A stretch of DNA of 64,000 nucleotides from an uncultured Planctomycetaceae bacterium. GTDB lineage: Bacteria; Planctomycetota; Planctomycetia; Pirellulales; PALSA-1355. Below are positions 44,607 to 56,191 of this stretch, one piece after another. Every line of letters starts with the position of its first letter. Position 1 is the stretch's first letter. The stretch spans positions 1,376,001 to 1,440,000 of the forward strand of contig CAWAUV010000008.1 of the NCBI GenBank assembly GCA_963785305.1, in the 5' to 3' direction. Under the pieces are notes generated by a model. The model had not been told where the DNA came from. It was given only the letters and a program-made list of their open reading frames with translations, and ran no database searches. Both the position numbers and the translations under genes were made by a program.

Positions 44607-45758
44607 CCGACACCGAGATTATTCTGCTGGTGCTGGCGGCGATCTATGTCTTCGAAAGTTTGTGCTGGATACCCGCCGGCGCGGTCTGCTTTTCGGCCAG
44701 CTTCGGCAAGCCTCGGCCGATGGCGTCGATCGCGCCCGTGGCGGGCAACACCGGCCGCCTGACACTCACCAGCCTGCTACCCACGACCACGAGCTTCGTG
44801 TGCGACGAATGGCCGGTCGCGCTCGATGCGCGGAATCGCGCTCCTCGCGGCGCCCGCCGAGGCCGCTTCGCCCGAAGACGCTCGCGATTGGCGCGCGTTT
44901 GGCGATATCGCCAACATTGTCGCTGTCGAGCGATTTCTCGTGATCGACGATTGCAAGATCGCGAGAATGTCGTCGCAATCGGCCGCGCGGCTTTGCGCCG
45001 GCCGCTTGCAAGCGATGCATCGCGCCGCGCCTGGCGAGCGCGAGCGCCTCGTGGCCGAACTGCTCGACACGCTGTGCGACGAACAACAGGTCGCGGCGAA
45101 GGTCGCCGAATATCGCCGCGCAACCCGGGGACTCCGCTTCGCCGCCGAGGGCCTGTGGCTCACGACCTTCCTCGCGGCGCCGATCATGTATTGGCAAACA
45201 CGTTCGCTATTCGTCGGCGATGGCGTGATCGTGTCCGGCCTATTTCTCGCGTTGTGGTCGGTGATCGTGGCCCGATGCTTTTTCGTGCGGCGGCGACTCG
45301 TCGCGGAAAGCCGCTGGGCCAGCTTGGGAAACATGTTGCTCGTGGCCGTGTCGCCCGGCTCGGCGATGCGCGTTGCCGAGACGATCGGCCGCGACCGACT
45401 CGCGGGTCACGACCCGGTGGTGGTGGCCGCCGTGGTGTGCCCGCCCGACGACGCCGCGGCGTTTGGCGCCCAGCGGATGCGCGAGCTATTCTTTCCGCGG
45501 CCCGAGGATTCGCTTTCGCTCGATTCGGCCGCGGGCCAAGCTCGGGCTTGGTTTCGCGGTCAATTGCTCGCGCGGCGCGTGAGCGCGTTGGAGCGGCTGG
45601 GCATCGAGACCGGCGGATTCTTTTCCCCGCCGCCGCCGGTCGACGACGCGCGCGCCTATTGCCCGCGTTGCTTGGGACAATTCGTGTTCCCCGCCGGGGC
45701 GTGTCCCGAATGCGGAGTGGTGGTGCGTGCTTTCGAGTCGACGCGCCAACGCTCGTAA
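44603..45758 (+). CDS. Hypothetical membrane protein with C-terminal CxxC...CxxC (frameshift near 44830)
   Basis: ATGA overlap with the upstream gene; N-terminal TM; ends YCPRCLGQF...ACPECG. Confidence 0.65.
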
Positions 45759-45776
45759 TCGCGCGTTAACAGGCGG

Positions 45777-46438
45777 TTAATCGTCGAGCGTTACATCCTC
45801 GCCGTAGCCGGGTGGGAAAGGATTGCGAGGATCGGTCGCTTCGTGCTTGTCTTCCGACGAGTCGTCGGCCGCGCGATGTGGCTCGGCGGCGGCGGAGTTC
45901 CGATCGACCTCGGCGCGTGCCTCGGCAATACCGAATCGCTCGAGCCAGTAGCGGACTTCATGGGGCTCAAGTCGCCCCGAGCCAGCGCCGGGCGGTTGGG
46001 CGTGGGCCGGGGCTTTGTCGGCCGCTTGGCGTCGCTGGCTCCGGCCGCGAAGCACTTCGGCGAACCAACGATCGCTATCCACGGCCAGCGCTTTGCGTCG
46101 CCGCGCGGCGCGTTGGATGCGATGATCGCTCGACACCACGACCAAGCGGCGCGGGGCGGAATCGGCGCGGATCAGCTCTTCGATCAGATCGTCGGCGTCG
46201 GACTTGCCGGCCGAAAAACGAACTTCGATGCCGCGATGCCGACCGGAGCGAACGCGGCCGCTGGCGCTCGTGCCGGCGTCGAACACGACCGTGGTGCGGG
46301 CGAGCTCGCGCGGTTCGAGCGATTCGGCCAGACAGTCGAGCAGGCGCCGCGGGTGCGCTGGAGCGTGGCCGGACCGATGCCGCGGGCCAGAATTCCGCTG
46401 GCATGCAGCAGATTGTAGCCATCGATCAGAATCGCCAT
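45777..46438 (-). CDS. YacP-like NYN domain protein (frameshift near 46345)
   Basis: ILIDGYNLLH, VVFDA, SDADDLIEELI, VVSSDHRIQRAA. Confidence 0.85.
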
Positions 46439-46488
46439 GGTACCCAACGATCGGCGAAAAGCGCCGCGGCGGCGCGGGCGCCCGCTGC

Positions 46489-47793
46489 TCAGCAGGTGGC
46501 CATCCGTTGACGCGCCCGCGTGAATTTGACTTTGCCGCCCACGATCACGGTTTCGGCCTGCCCGGTGAGGCGCCAGCCGCCAAACGGCGTGTTCTTGCTC
46601 TTGGAGAGAAACCTGGTCGGATCGACGCGCCAGGAAATCTCGGGATCGATGATCGTGACATCGGCGTCGGCGCCCACGCGGAGCGTGCCCTTGTCGATGC
46701 CGAGAATGCGAGCTGGGTTCATCGTGAGCTTGGCCAGCGCGGTCGACCAATCCAAGTGACCCGGCAGGATCAATTGCGTGACGACCAGCCCCAGGCATGT
46801 CTCAAGCCCCACGATGCCGAACGGCGCCTGATCGAACTCGCGCATCTTCTTTTCCAAGGAATGCGGCGCGTGATCGGTGCAGATCGCGTCGATCGTGCCA
46901 TCGACCAGCCCGGCAATGCAGGCGTCGACATCGCGCTGGCCGCGCAGGGGCGGGCTCATCTTGAAATTCGAGTCAAACGTCCGCAGGCATTCGTCCGTCA
47001 ACGTGAAATGATGCGGGCACACTTCGGTCGTCACGCGCACATTGCGACTTTTGGCCCGCCGCACGATATCGACACTGCCCGCGCTCGAGACATGCATTAG
47101 ATGCACGCGTCCGCCGGTGGCTTCGGCCAGCGAGATATCGCGAGCCGTCATCGCGTCTTCGGCCACGGCCGGCATGCCAGGCAAGCCGAGCACCAGTGAC
47201 ACGAGCCCTTCGTGCATCACGCCGCCCTGCGTCAATTCGCGAACTTCGGCATGATTGAGCACCGGTTTATTGAACATTTGACAATATTCAAGAGCGCGGC
47301 GCATCAGTTCGGGATCGTAAACCGGGGCGCCGTCGTCGCTAAACGCCACGGCGCCGGCCTGCACAAGCTGTCCGATTTCGGCCAGCTCCTTGCCCTCGCG
47401 ATTCTTGCTGACCGTGGCCACCACGAACACATTGCAGTTGTTGGCCCGGGCCGCTTGATGCTGAACGAACTCGACGCTCGCCTGGGTGTCGATCGGCGGC
47501 TCGGTGTTTGGAATGCACGCGATCGAGGAGAACCCGCCGGCCAAGGCGGCGGCGGTGCCGGTGGCGATCGTTTCGTCTTCCTCGCGGCCGGGCTCGCGCA
47601 GGTGAACATGCATGTCGATCAGGCCCGGAGACACGATGCGCCCGCCGGCGTCGATGCGGGTCTCGGCCGCGTCGGGCGAAACATCGAGCGCGGCGATATG
47701 TCCGCCTTCGATGAGCACATTGGTGATCCGGTCCAGTTTTTGGCTGGGGTCGATCACGCGGCCGCCTTCGATCACAATGCTCGACATGGTCAT
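46489..47793 (-). CDS. pyrC: Dihydroorotase
   Basis: PGLIDMHVHLREPG, FSDDG, EVCPHH, FKMSPPLR, TDHAPH, SKNTPF. Confidence 0.96.
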   Translation of the reverse strand: MTMSSIVIEGGRVIDPSQKLDRITNVLIEGGHIAALDVSPDAAETRIDAGGRIVSPGLIDMHVHLREPGREEDETIATGTAAALAGGFSSIACIPNTEPPIDTQASVEFVQHQAARANNCNVFVVATVSKNREGKELAEIGQLVQAGAVAFSDDGAPVYDPELMRRALEYCQMFNKPVLNHAEVRELTQGGVMHEGLVSLVLGLPGMPAVAEDAMTARDISLAEATGGRVHLMHVSSAGSVDIVRRAKSRNVRVTTEVCPHHFTLTDECLRTFDSNFKMSPPLRGQRDVDACIAGLVDGTIDAICTDHAPHSLEKKMREFDQAPFGIVGLETCLGLVVTQLILPGHLDWSTALAKLTMNPARILGIDKGTLRVGADADVTIIDPEISWRVDPTRFLSKSKNTPFGGWRLTGQAETVIVGGKVKFTRARQRMATC

Positions 47794-47827
47794 TCCTGAG
47801 GCGATAGGGTGGGGGACCGTGGGTTTA

Positions 47828-47905
47828 CAGCCTATCCGACAACTTCGGCGAGCCCTCGCCCTACCCTCTCCCAAAAAAGGAGAGGGGGAGTTGTCGGATG
47901 GGCTC
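47828..47905. mobile_element. MITE-like element, copy 2
   Basis: TIRs CAGCCTATCCGACAACT / AGTTGTCGGATGGGCTC; TTA direct repeats at 47825..47827 and 47906..47908; internal CCCTCTCCC...GGAGAGGG hairpin. Confidence 0.7.
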
Positions 47906-48956
47906 TTAATCGCTTCGACGCATCGTGCGCCGCTTCGAATCGAACTCCATTAGGAAGCGGTCGCGACCGACGGGGCTGCGCGCTCGCGGCGCCCTCGGCT
48001 TTCTCGCCCAAGATCAGCCACAGCGCCGCCATGCGCACCGCCAGGCCGTTGGTCACTTGTTCCAAGATCGCGGAGTGCGGGCCATCGGCCACTTCCGGCG
48101 TGACTTCCACGCCGCGATTGATCGGTCCCGGAGCAAGAATCAGCACATCGGGCTTGGCCAGCGCCAGCCGCTGCCGGTTCATCGCATAGAGCAGCGCGTA
48201 TTCGCGCACACTGGGAAACGGTCGCGTCGATTGCCGCTCGAATTGAATGCGCAGCAGATTCAGCACATCGCACCGCGGCAAGATCGCGTCGAGATCGTAG
48301 GCTACTTCCACGCCCAATTCTTCCCAGCGGCGCGAAACAAGCGTCGACGGGCCGCACACGATCACATGCGCCCCGAGTTTGGTGAGGCCCCAGATATTCG
48401 AGCGGGCCGTGCGGCTGAAGGCGATATCGCCCACGAGCGCCACCGTGAGCCCGGCGACGCGGCCGAGCCGCTCGCGGATCGAAAGAATATCGAGCAGGCC
48501 CTGGGTCGGATGTTCATGCGGACCATCGCCGGCATTGAGCACGGCGCATTCGAGGTTGGCCGCCAGCAGATGCGAAGTGCCGGGAGTGCGATGCCGCACG
48601 ATCACGGCGTCGATGCCCATTGCTTCGATATTTCGCGCGGTGTCGATCAGGGTCTCGCCCTTGGCGAGGCTGCTGCCCGAGGCGCTGAAATCAACGGTGT
48701 CGGCGCCCAGCCGTCGGGCGGCGAGCGAGAAGCTGGTTTTGGTGCGAGTCGAATTCTCGAAGAATAGATTCGCCACCGTGCGACCGGCGAGGAGCGGCAG
48801 CTTGCGAGCGCAGTTGCCGGTCGCGTTTTTGAGGGCGACCGCCGTGTCGAGCAAGGTCGAGATTTCGGCGGCGGTGAGACTTTCGATATCGAGCAAATGG
48901 CGCCGCGGCCACGATCGCGACGCTGCTTCGAGTTCATCGCCACAGTTTGCGTTCAT
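47832..48956 (-). CDS. pyrB: Aspartate carbamoyltransferase catalytic subunit (3' end uncertain)
   Basis: [49 protein letters not shown]. Confidence 0.97.
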   Translation of the reverse strand: MNANCGDELEAASRSWPRRHLLDIESLTAAEISTLLDTAVALKNATGNCARKLPLLAGRTVANLFFENSTRTKTSFSLAARRLGADTVDFSASGSSLAKGETLIDTARNIEAMGIDAVIVRHRTPGTSHLLAANLECAVLNAGDGPHEHPTQGLLDILSIRERLGRVAGLTVALVGDIAFSRTARSNIWGLTKLGAHVIVCGPSTLVSRRWEELGVEVAYDLDAILPRCDVLNLLRIQFERQSTRPFPSVREYALLYAMNRQRLALAKPDVLILAPGPINRGVEVTPEVADGPHSAILEQVTNGLAVRMAALWLILGEKAEGAASAQPRRSRPLPNGVRFEAAHDASKRLRAHPTTPPLLFWERVGRGLAEVVG

Positions 48957-49225
48957 CGCTATCGCCGGGTGGGGGAAGGTTGCCTGCCGGGCGAGTCGTC
49001 GACCGGCCCAGGTCGCGCATGCCCCCGCGGTTCGCGCGGATTTCGCGAGCGAAGCGGGGCGTTTACCGCGCTCCCCGCGATTCTAACCTATTGGTAGAAG
49101 GCTGCAATCAAGGGGAGAAAAATCGCGCGGCCGCCCCCGGCGATCGGGCGCCGGCTGCCGGTTCCCAGGAGCAGACCGCATCGGTAAATCTTGCGGAATA
49201 TTTTTTGCGCGGGGTCCGCGTTCGT

Positions 49226-49231
49226 TATAAT
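49226..49231 (+). promoter_or_regulatory. Putative -10 box
   Basis: Perfect TATAAT about 140 bp upstream of the ATG at 49371. Confidence 0.45.
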
Positions 49232-49370
49232 CGAAGGGTTGAGTTTCGCGTCGCCCGAGCCTGCCTCGATGGCGGTGTGTCTTGCTTGTTTTGCCAAGCG
49301 ACACCGCTCCCGCCCCCAGCCCGACGACCCTAGTTGTTTCCAAGGCCCTTTTGCGTCCGAGGATTTTGCG

Positions 49371-52300
49371 ATGTCGCTCCGGCTCATAGCGTTCGTTCTT
49401 TGCGGCGCTTCGTGGATGAACCTTTCGGCGGGCTTGGCCGCCGAGGCGCCGCGCTACAATCGCGAGGTGCGGCCGATTCTGGCCGAACATTGCTTCCGCT
49501 GCCACGGGCCCGATAGCGCGTTGCGCAAAGGCGAACTGCGGCTCGACCGCCGTGAGTTGGCGATCGAAAAGCAGGCGATTCGGCCGGGCGACGCCGAGCA
49601 TGGCGGCGTGATCGAACGAATCTTCAGCGCCGATCCCGAAGAAGTGATGCCGCCGCCGGCCACTCACAAGGACCTCTCGGCCGCGGAGAAGGAAACGCTC
49701 AAGCGTTGGATCGCCGCCGGCGCCGAGTATGAACCGCATTGGTCGTTTCTCGCTCCCCGGCGCGGCGAACCGCCGGCGGTGAAAAATGAAGCTTGGCCGC
49801 GCAACGCGATCGATCGTTTCGTGCTCGCGCGGCTCGAAGCCGAGGGGCTCGAGCCGGCGCCCGAGGCCGATCGCCGCGTGCTGGCGCGGTGCTTGAGCCT
49901 GGACCTCACCGGGTTGCCGCCCGCGCCCGAGGATGTGGATCAATTCGTGGCCGATCCCTCGATCGACGCCTACGAGCGCTATGTCGATCGCCTGCTGACG
50001 CTGCCGTCGTGGGGCGAACATCGGGCCCGCTATTGGCTCGACGCCGCGCGCTATGCCGACACCCACGGCATTCACTTCGACAACTATCGCGAGATGTGGC
50101 TCTACCGCGATTGGGTGATCGACGCCTTCAATCGCAACAAGCCATTCGATCGATTCACGATCGAACAACTCGCGGGCGACCTGCTTCCCGACGCCACGCT
50201 CGAACAACAAATCGCCTCGGGTTTCAACCGCTGCAATATCACGACCAACGAAGGCGGCGCGATCGACGAGGAGTACCTGGTGCTCTACGATCGCGACCGC
50301 ACGGAAACCACGGCCCAGGTCTGGCTCGGGCTCACGGCCGGGTGCGCCGTGTGCCACGATCACAAGTTCGATCCGCTCTCCCAACGCGAGTTCTACGAGC
50401 TCGCCGCGTTTTTCAACAACACGCCGCAGCGCGCGTATGGACGGCAACAAAAAAGACCCACCGCCGGTGGTGTTCGTTCCGCGAGACGAGGACAAACCTC
50501 GGTATCAACTGATTGCCGCCGAATTGGCCGAAGTCGAGCGGCAGCGCGCGGCGCGACAAACCTCGGCCCGCGCCGATTTCGACGCCTGGGCCTTGACCGC
50601 CACTCCTGCCGAAACGATTGCCCTGGCCCCCGGCAATGGCCTGAAATTGCTCGCTCTCCTGAACGAAGGGCAAGGCGATTCGGTGAATATGCTGGTCAAC
50701 GGCGAGTCGCGGCAAGTGGCGGCCATCGGCCCGCTGGCCTGGGACGCGGGCCATGTCTCGACGCAGAGCTTCAAGAGTCAACCCGGCCTCGAGCTCGCGG
50801 TGGCCGAAGCGGGTGACTTCGAGCGAGATCAGCCGTTTAGCGCGCTCGGCCTGGGTCAAGCTGTCGAAGGCCGATCAGACCGGCGCCGTGTTCGCCCGCA
50901 TGGACGACGCCCACGACTATCGTGGCTGGGACCTTTGGATCGAGAACGGCATGGTCGGCTCGCATGTGATCCATGCCTGGGACGGCAAGGACGCGCTCAA
51001 GGTCGTATCGAAGAGTCGGCTCAAGCCGAATTCGTGGAACCATCTGGCCGTGACCTACGATGGATCGAGCAAAGCCAAGGGCCTCAAGATTTATGTCAAC
51101 GGCGAGCTCCAAAAAACATCGACCGGTTCCGACAATCTTAAAAACACGATTCGCACCGAAGTGCCCTTCCGCGTCGCCCAGCGCAACAACGGTTCGCGCC
51201 TAAACGACGCGCTCGATTCAAGACCTGCGCGTCTACGATCGGCCGCTCTCGGAAGTCGAAATCAAGCAAGTGGCCGAGGCCACGCGAGCCGCGTGGCTCG
51301 TCTCGAAGGCCAAGGATAATCGCACTCCGGCCGAAACCAAGGAGCTCTACGATTGGTGGCTCGAGGCGATGGATGTCGCGAGCCGCGAGTTGGTTGGCCG
51401 TCAGTCGACGCTCAAGAGCGAAGAATCGGCGATCACCCAGCGCGGGGCGATCACGCATGTGATGAGCGAGCGCAACGAGCCGCCGAAGGCGTTCGTGCTC
51501 TACCGCGGCGAATACGACAAGCGGCGCGATCAGGTCGAGGCGCTCACTCCCGCCTGGCTTCCGCCGCTTCCCGCCGGCGCGCCGAAAAATCGGCTGGGAT
51601 TGGCCGAGTGGCTCGTCGATCCCGCGCATCCGCTCACGGCCCGGGTGACGGTGAATCGCTTTTGGCAAGAGGTGTTCGGCGTGGGACTGGTGCGCACCAC
51701 CGGCGACCTGGGCCTCAGCGGCGAACTGCCTTCGCATCCGGAACTGCTCGATTGGATGGCGGTCGAGTTCCGCGAATCGGGTTGGGATGTCAAAAAGTTC
51801 TTCAAGCTGCTCGTGACCTCGGCCGCGTATCGACAAGCCGCGCTCAACACCCCGCTCAAACTCGAACGCGACGCCGCGAACAAGCTGCTCTCGCGCGGCC
51901 CTCGCTTCCGCATGGAAGCCGAAATGGTGCGCGACTACGCCCTGGCCGCCAGCGGACTGCTTGTGTCCACGATCGGCGGGCCCAGCGTGCGGCCTTACCA
52001 ACCCGAGGGGGTATGGGAAGCGGTGGCGATGCCGGGCAGCGACACGCGGAATTACAAGCAAGACCACGGCGACGCGCTCTATCGCCGGAGCATGTACACG
52101 CTTTGGAAGCGTTCGGCCCCGCCGGCTTCGATGGAAATCTTCAACGCTCCGAGCCGCGAAGTTTGCACCGTGCGCCGCGAGCGAACCAACACGCCGCTGC
52201 AAGCCCTGGTGACGCTCAACGATATCCAGTTCGTCGAAGCCGCCCGGCATTTGGCCGAGCGGGCAATGCTCGATAGCCCCGAGACTTCCGCCCGGCAAGA

Positions 52301-52532
52301 TTTCATCGCCCGGCGGCTGCTCGGCCGATCGCTTCGGGCCGAGGAAGCGGCGATCGTGTCTCGCGGGCAAGCGGCGCTCGAGGAACATTATCGTGCGCAT
52401 GGCGACGACGCGAAAAAGCTCGTGGCCATCGGTGAATCGAAAGCCGACGCCTCGCTCGATTCGGCGACGCTCGCCGCCTGGACGATGGTGGCCAGCGAGC
52501 TGATGAACCTCGACGAATCACTCAATAAATAA
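49371..52532 (+). CDS. Planctomycete cytochrome c/DUF1549/LamG/DUF1553 protein (frameshifts near 50437, 50845, 51218)
   Basis: YNREVRPILAEHCFRCHGPD, WLDAARYADT, EQLAGDLLP, CAVCHDHKFDP, WNHLAVTYDG, PSHPELLDW, TNTPLQAL. Confidence 0.93.
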
Positions 52533-52546
52533 ATTGGAGGCACGCG

Positions 52547-54015
52547 ATGCATCCCCTGGCCGAACTTCGCCAAGCGCTTACCCGGCGCCATTTTCTTCAG
52601 CGCGGGTCCGATATTGTCGGCGCCGCGGCGCTGGCCGCGCTCCTGGGTCGCGATCGGCTTTCGGCCGCCGAGCCGGCGCCGCGGTTCATGCACGCCGCCC
52701 ACCCGAACCTCACCCACTTCGCCGCCAAAGCCCAGCATGTGATCTATCTGCACATGGTCGGCGGTCCTTCGCAGATCGACTTGTACGACTACAAGCCGAA
52801 GATGAACGAGATGTACGACAAGGACCTGCCCGACTCGATCCGCCAAGGCCAGCGGCTCACGACCATGACCTCGGGCCAAGCCCGTTTTCCGATCGCGCCG
52901 TCGAAGTACAAATTCACCCAGCATGGCCAAAACGGCCTTTGGATCAGCGAGCTAATGCCCTGGACCGCCAAGATGATCGATGATCTGTGCATGATTCGCA
53001 GCATGCACACCGAGGCGATCAATCACGAACCGGCGATCACCTTCATGCAGACCGGCAACCAGATCACGGGCCGGCCGTGCCTGGGCGCCTGGTCGAGCTA
53101 CGGGCTCGGCTCGCTCAACGACGATCTGCCGTCGTTCGTGGTGCTGGTGGCCAAACCGAGCAATACCGAGCAACTGCAAGCCATCTCGGCCCGGCTCTGG
53201 TCGAGCGGATATTTGCCGAGCGATCATGCCGGAGTGTCGTTTCGCTCGGGCGGCGATCCGATTCTCTATATCAACAATCCCGATGGCGTGTCGGCCGATG
53301 TGCGCCGCAAGATGCTCGACGGCGTGTCGGCGCTGAATGAATTGACGTTCCGCGAGCTTGGCGACCCGGAAACCCAGGCGCGCATCCAGCAATACGAATT
53401 GGCCTACCGCATGCAATCGAGCGTTCCGGAGCTGGTGCGGCTGGAAGACGAACCGCCGACGACCGAAGCGCTCTACGGCGAAGACATCAAAAAGCCGGGG
53501 AGCTTCGCCCATAGCGTGCTGCTGGCGCGGCGGCTGGTGGAGCGGGGCGTGCGGTTCGTGCAAATCTATCACAACAACTGGGATACCCACGGCAATGTCT
53601 CCGGCCGATTGCCGATGCAGTGCAAGGATGTCGATCAGCCGTGCTATGGCTTGGTGCAAGACCTCAAGCAGCGCGGGCTGCTCGACAAGACATTGATTAT
53701 CTGGGGCGGCGAGTTCGGGCGCACGATCTATTCGCAAGGCTCGCTCAGCCACGACAACTACGGTCGCGATCATCATCCCCGCTGTTTCACGATGTGGATG
53801 GCCGGCGGCGGCGCGAAGCCCGGCGTGGTGCATGGCGAGACCGACGATTTTTCGTACAACATCACGAAAGACCCGGTGCATATCCACGACTTCCATGCCA
53901 CGGTGCTCAAGCTCCTGGGTTTCGACCACGAGCGATTCACCTACCGCTACCAGGGACTCGATCAGCGGCTCACCGGCGTCGAGCCGTGCGCGTGATTAGC
54001 GAACTGATCGCGTGA
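52547..54015 (+). CDS. DUF1501 family sulfatase-like protein (frameshift near the 3' end)
   Basis: TRRHFL, GGPSQIDLYDYKP, LARRLVERGVRFVQ, WDTH, WGGEFGRT, GRDHHP, RLTGV. Confidence 0.93.
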
Positions 54016-54117
54016 GCGCGGCGAGCTGGCGAGCATGGCCCAGTGGCGTGGATGCGTCGAGGCATTTCGGCATTTTGCGCCTCGAAATTTAGGCCCCCAT
54101 CGAGCGTGATTCCAGGT

Positions 54118-54123
54118 TATAAT
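54118..54123 (+). promoter_or_regulatory. Putative -10 box
   Basis: Perfect TATAAT about 66 bp upstream of the ATG at 54190. Confidence 0.5.
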
Positions 54124-54189
54124 GCCTTGCTCGAGTGGCGGCGCGCTGGCGGCCCGACTATTTCTCTCACGCCGAGGATTCCTCTTCGC

Positions 54190-55164
54190 ATGATCGCTCC
54201 GATCGCCGTGGATATCGACCATGTTAGCCATGCCTACGGCTCGCGGCAGGCGCTCGATGACCTTTCGCTTTCGATCGCCGCCGGCGAGATCGTGGCGGTG
54301 CTCGGGCCCAATGGCGGCGGCAAAACCACGCTGTTTCGCCTGCTCTCGACCCTGATCCCGCTCCGGTCGGGCCATATGCGCGTGTTGGGCCACGATTTGG
54401 CGTCGAGCGCCATGAAGCCCGCAAGTTGATGGGCGTGGTGTTTCAAGCGCCGAGCCTCGATAAGAAACTAACCGTCGTCGAAAACATCCGCCTGCAAGGC
54501 AGCCTCTACGGCCTCTCGGGCGCCCGGCTCGACGCCCGCGTGCGGACCATGCTCGACGCGCTCGCGCTGGCCGATCGGGCCCATGAACGCACCGAAACGC
54601 TCTCGGGCGGTCTGCGGCGTCGGGTCGAACTGGCCAAGGGCCTCATCCATGAGCCGCGGCTGCTGATTCTCGACGAACCGAGCACCGGCCTCGACCCCGC
54701 GGCCCGCGTCGACTTGTGGAACTATCTTGCGCCGGGTGCGTTCGGAGCAAGGGGTCACGATCGTCCTGACGACCCATCTGCTCGAGGAAGCCGACAAGGC
54801 CGATCGGATCGCGATTTTGAATCACGGCAAGCTCGTGGCTTGGGACTCGCCCGACGCGCTGCGATCGACCGTGGGCGGCGATGCGATCACGATCCAGTCG
54901 CCGCGGCCCGATCGGCTGGCGGACGCCATTCGCGAACGTTTCGGTTGCGACGCGCGGCGGATCGACGATTCGGTGCGACTCGAGCAGGCCAACGGCTCGC
55001 AGTGGATCGCGCGGCTGGTCGAGGCGTTTCCCGAGGATATCCAAGCGATCACGCTCGGCAAGCCGACGCTGGAAGATGTGTTCATCGACCGCACTGGGCA
55101 TCGCTTCATGCAGCCGCGCGTCGACGATGGCCCGCCAGCGAAGGGCGCCCGCAAGCGTCATTGA
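54190..55164 (+). CDS. ABC-2 type transporter ATPase (frameshifts near 54420 and 54730)
   Basis: GPNGGGKTT, LSGGLRRRVELAK, ILDEPSTGLDP, LTTHLLEEA, PTLEDVF. Confidence 0.92.
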
Positions 55165-55257
55165 ATCGTTCGGATCGAAGTTACCAACGAACTCGGGTCG
55201 CCACTCGCCCGGATGCACCGGGGCATGCAACAAAATTTCAAGGCACACGAAGCAATT

Positions 55258-56159
55258 ATGGCGACTGAAATGACCACCGCCGCCGCGAGCGAAACTTTAT
55301 CCGGAAGCCTCGAATCGCGGGGCGCGCGCCGATCGAACCTCGGCCGCTGCTGGCGGCCATGGCGCTTTGTCGGCGCGAGTGGGTGCGGTTCATCCGGCAG
55401 CGCAATCGCGTGTTCGGGGCCATCGGTCAGCCGATCATCTTTTGGCTGCTGTTTGGCCTGGGGCTGGGGCCTTCGTTTCGCGCGCCGGGCGTGGCGGCCG
55501 GAGCGGTGAGCTATCGCGAGTTCTTCTTTCCCGGCTCGCTCACGTTGATTCTCCTGTTTACCTCGATCTTCACCACGATTTCGATCATCGAAGACCGCCG
55601 CGAGGGGCTGTTGCAGTCGGTGCTCGTGGCGCCGATTCCGCGCTGGGCGATGGTGCTCGGCAAATTGCTCGGCGGCACATTGATCGCGCTGGCGCAGGGA
55701 CTCGTGTTCCTGATGCTCGCGCCGACCCAGGGCATCTCCTTTACGATCGTGTCGTTCCTGGCGATCGTGGCGTTCACGTTTCTCACGGCCTTGGCGCTCA
55801 CCGGGCTCGGGTTCATCTTTGCTTGGCGGCTCGACAGCTCGCAGGGCTTTCACGCGATCATGAGCGTGTTTCTCATGCCGATGTGGCTCCTGAGCGGGTC
55901 GTTTTTCCCCGCACCGCCCTGGCGCGAAGGCATGGGCTGGGGCGAAGCCGGCATGGCGATCGTGATGCACGCCAACCCGCTGACCTACTGCGTGGCGGGA
56001 CTGCGGCGGCTGCTTTATCTATCGATCGAAAACCCGCCGGTGCCGGCCGACACGCCCTCGCTCGCATTGTGCTGGGGAGTAACGATCGCGTTTGCCGCCG
56101 CGACGTTTTTGCTGAGCGTGAAAATCTCCGCCCAGCGCACGACCGCCGATCTGCTTTGA
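55258..56159 (+). CDS. ABC-2 type permease (frameshift near 55358)
   Basis: REWVRFIRQ, FFFPG, DRREGLLQSVLVAP, LSGSFFP, NPLTY. Confidence 0.9.
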
Positions 56160-56191
56160 GCCATTTCCGGCGCCGCTGGAAGGTCGCGCGT

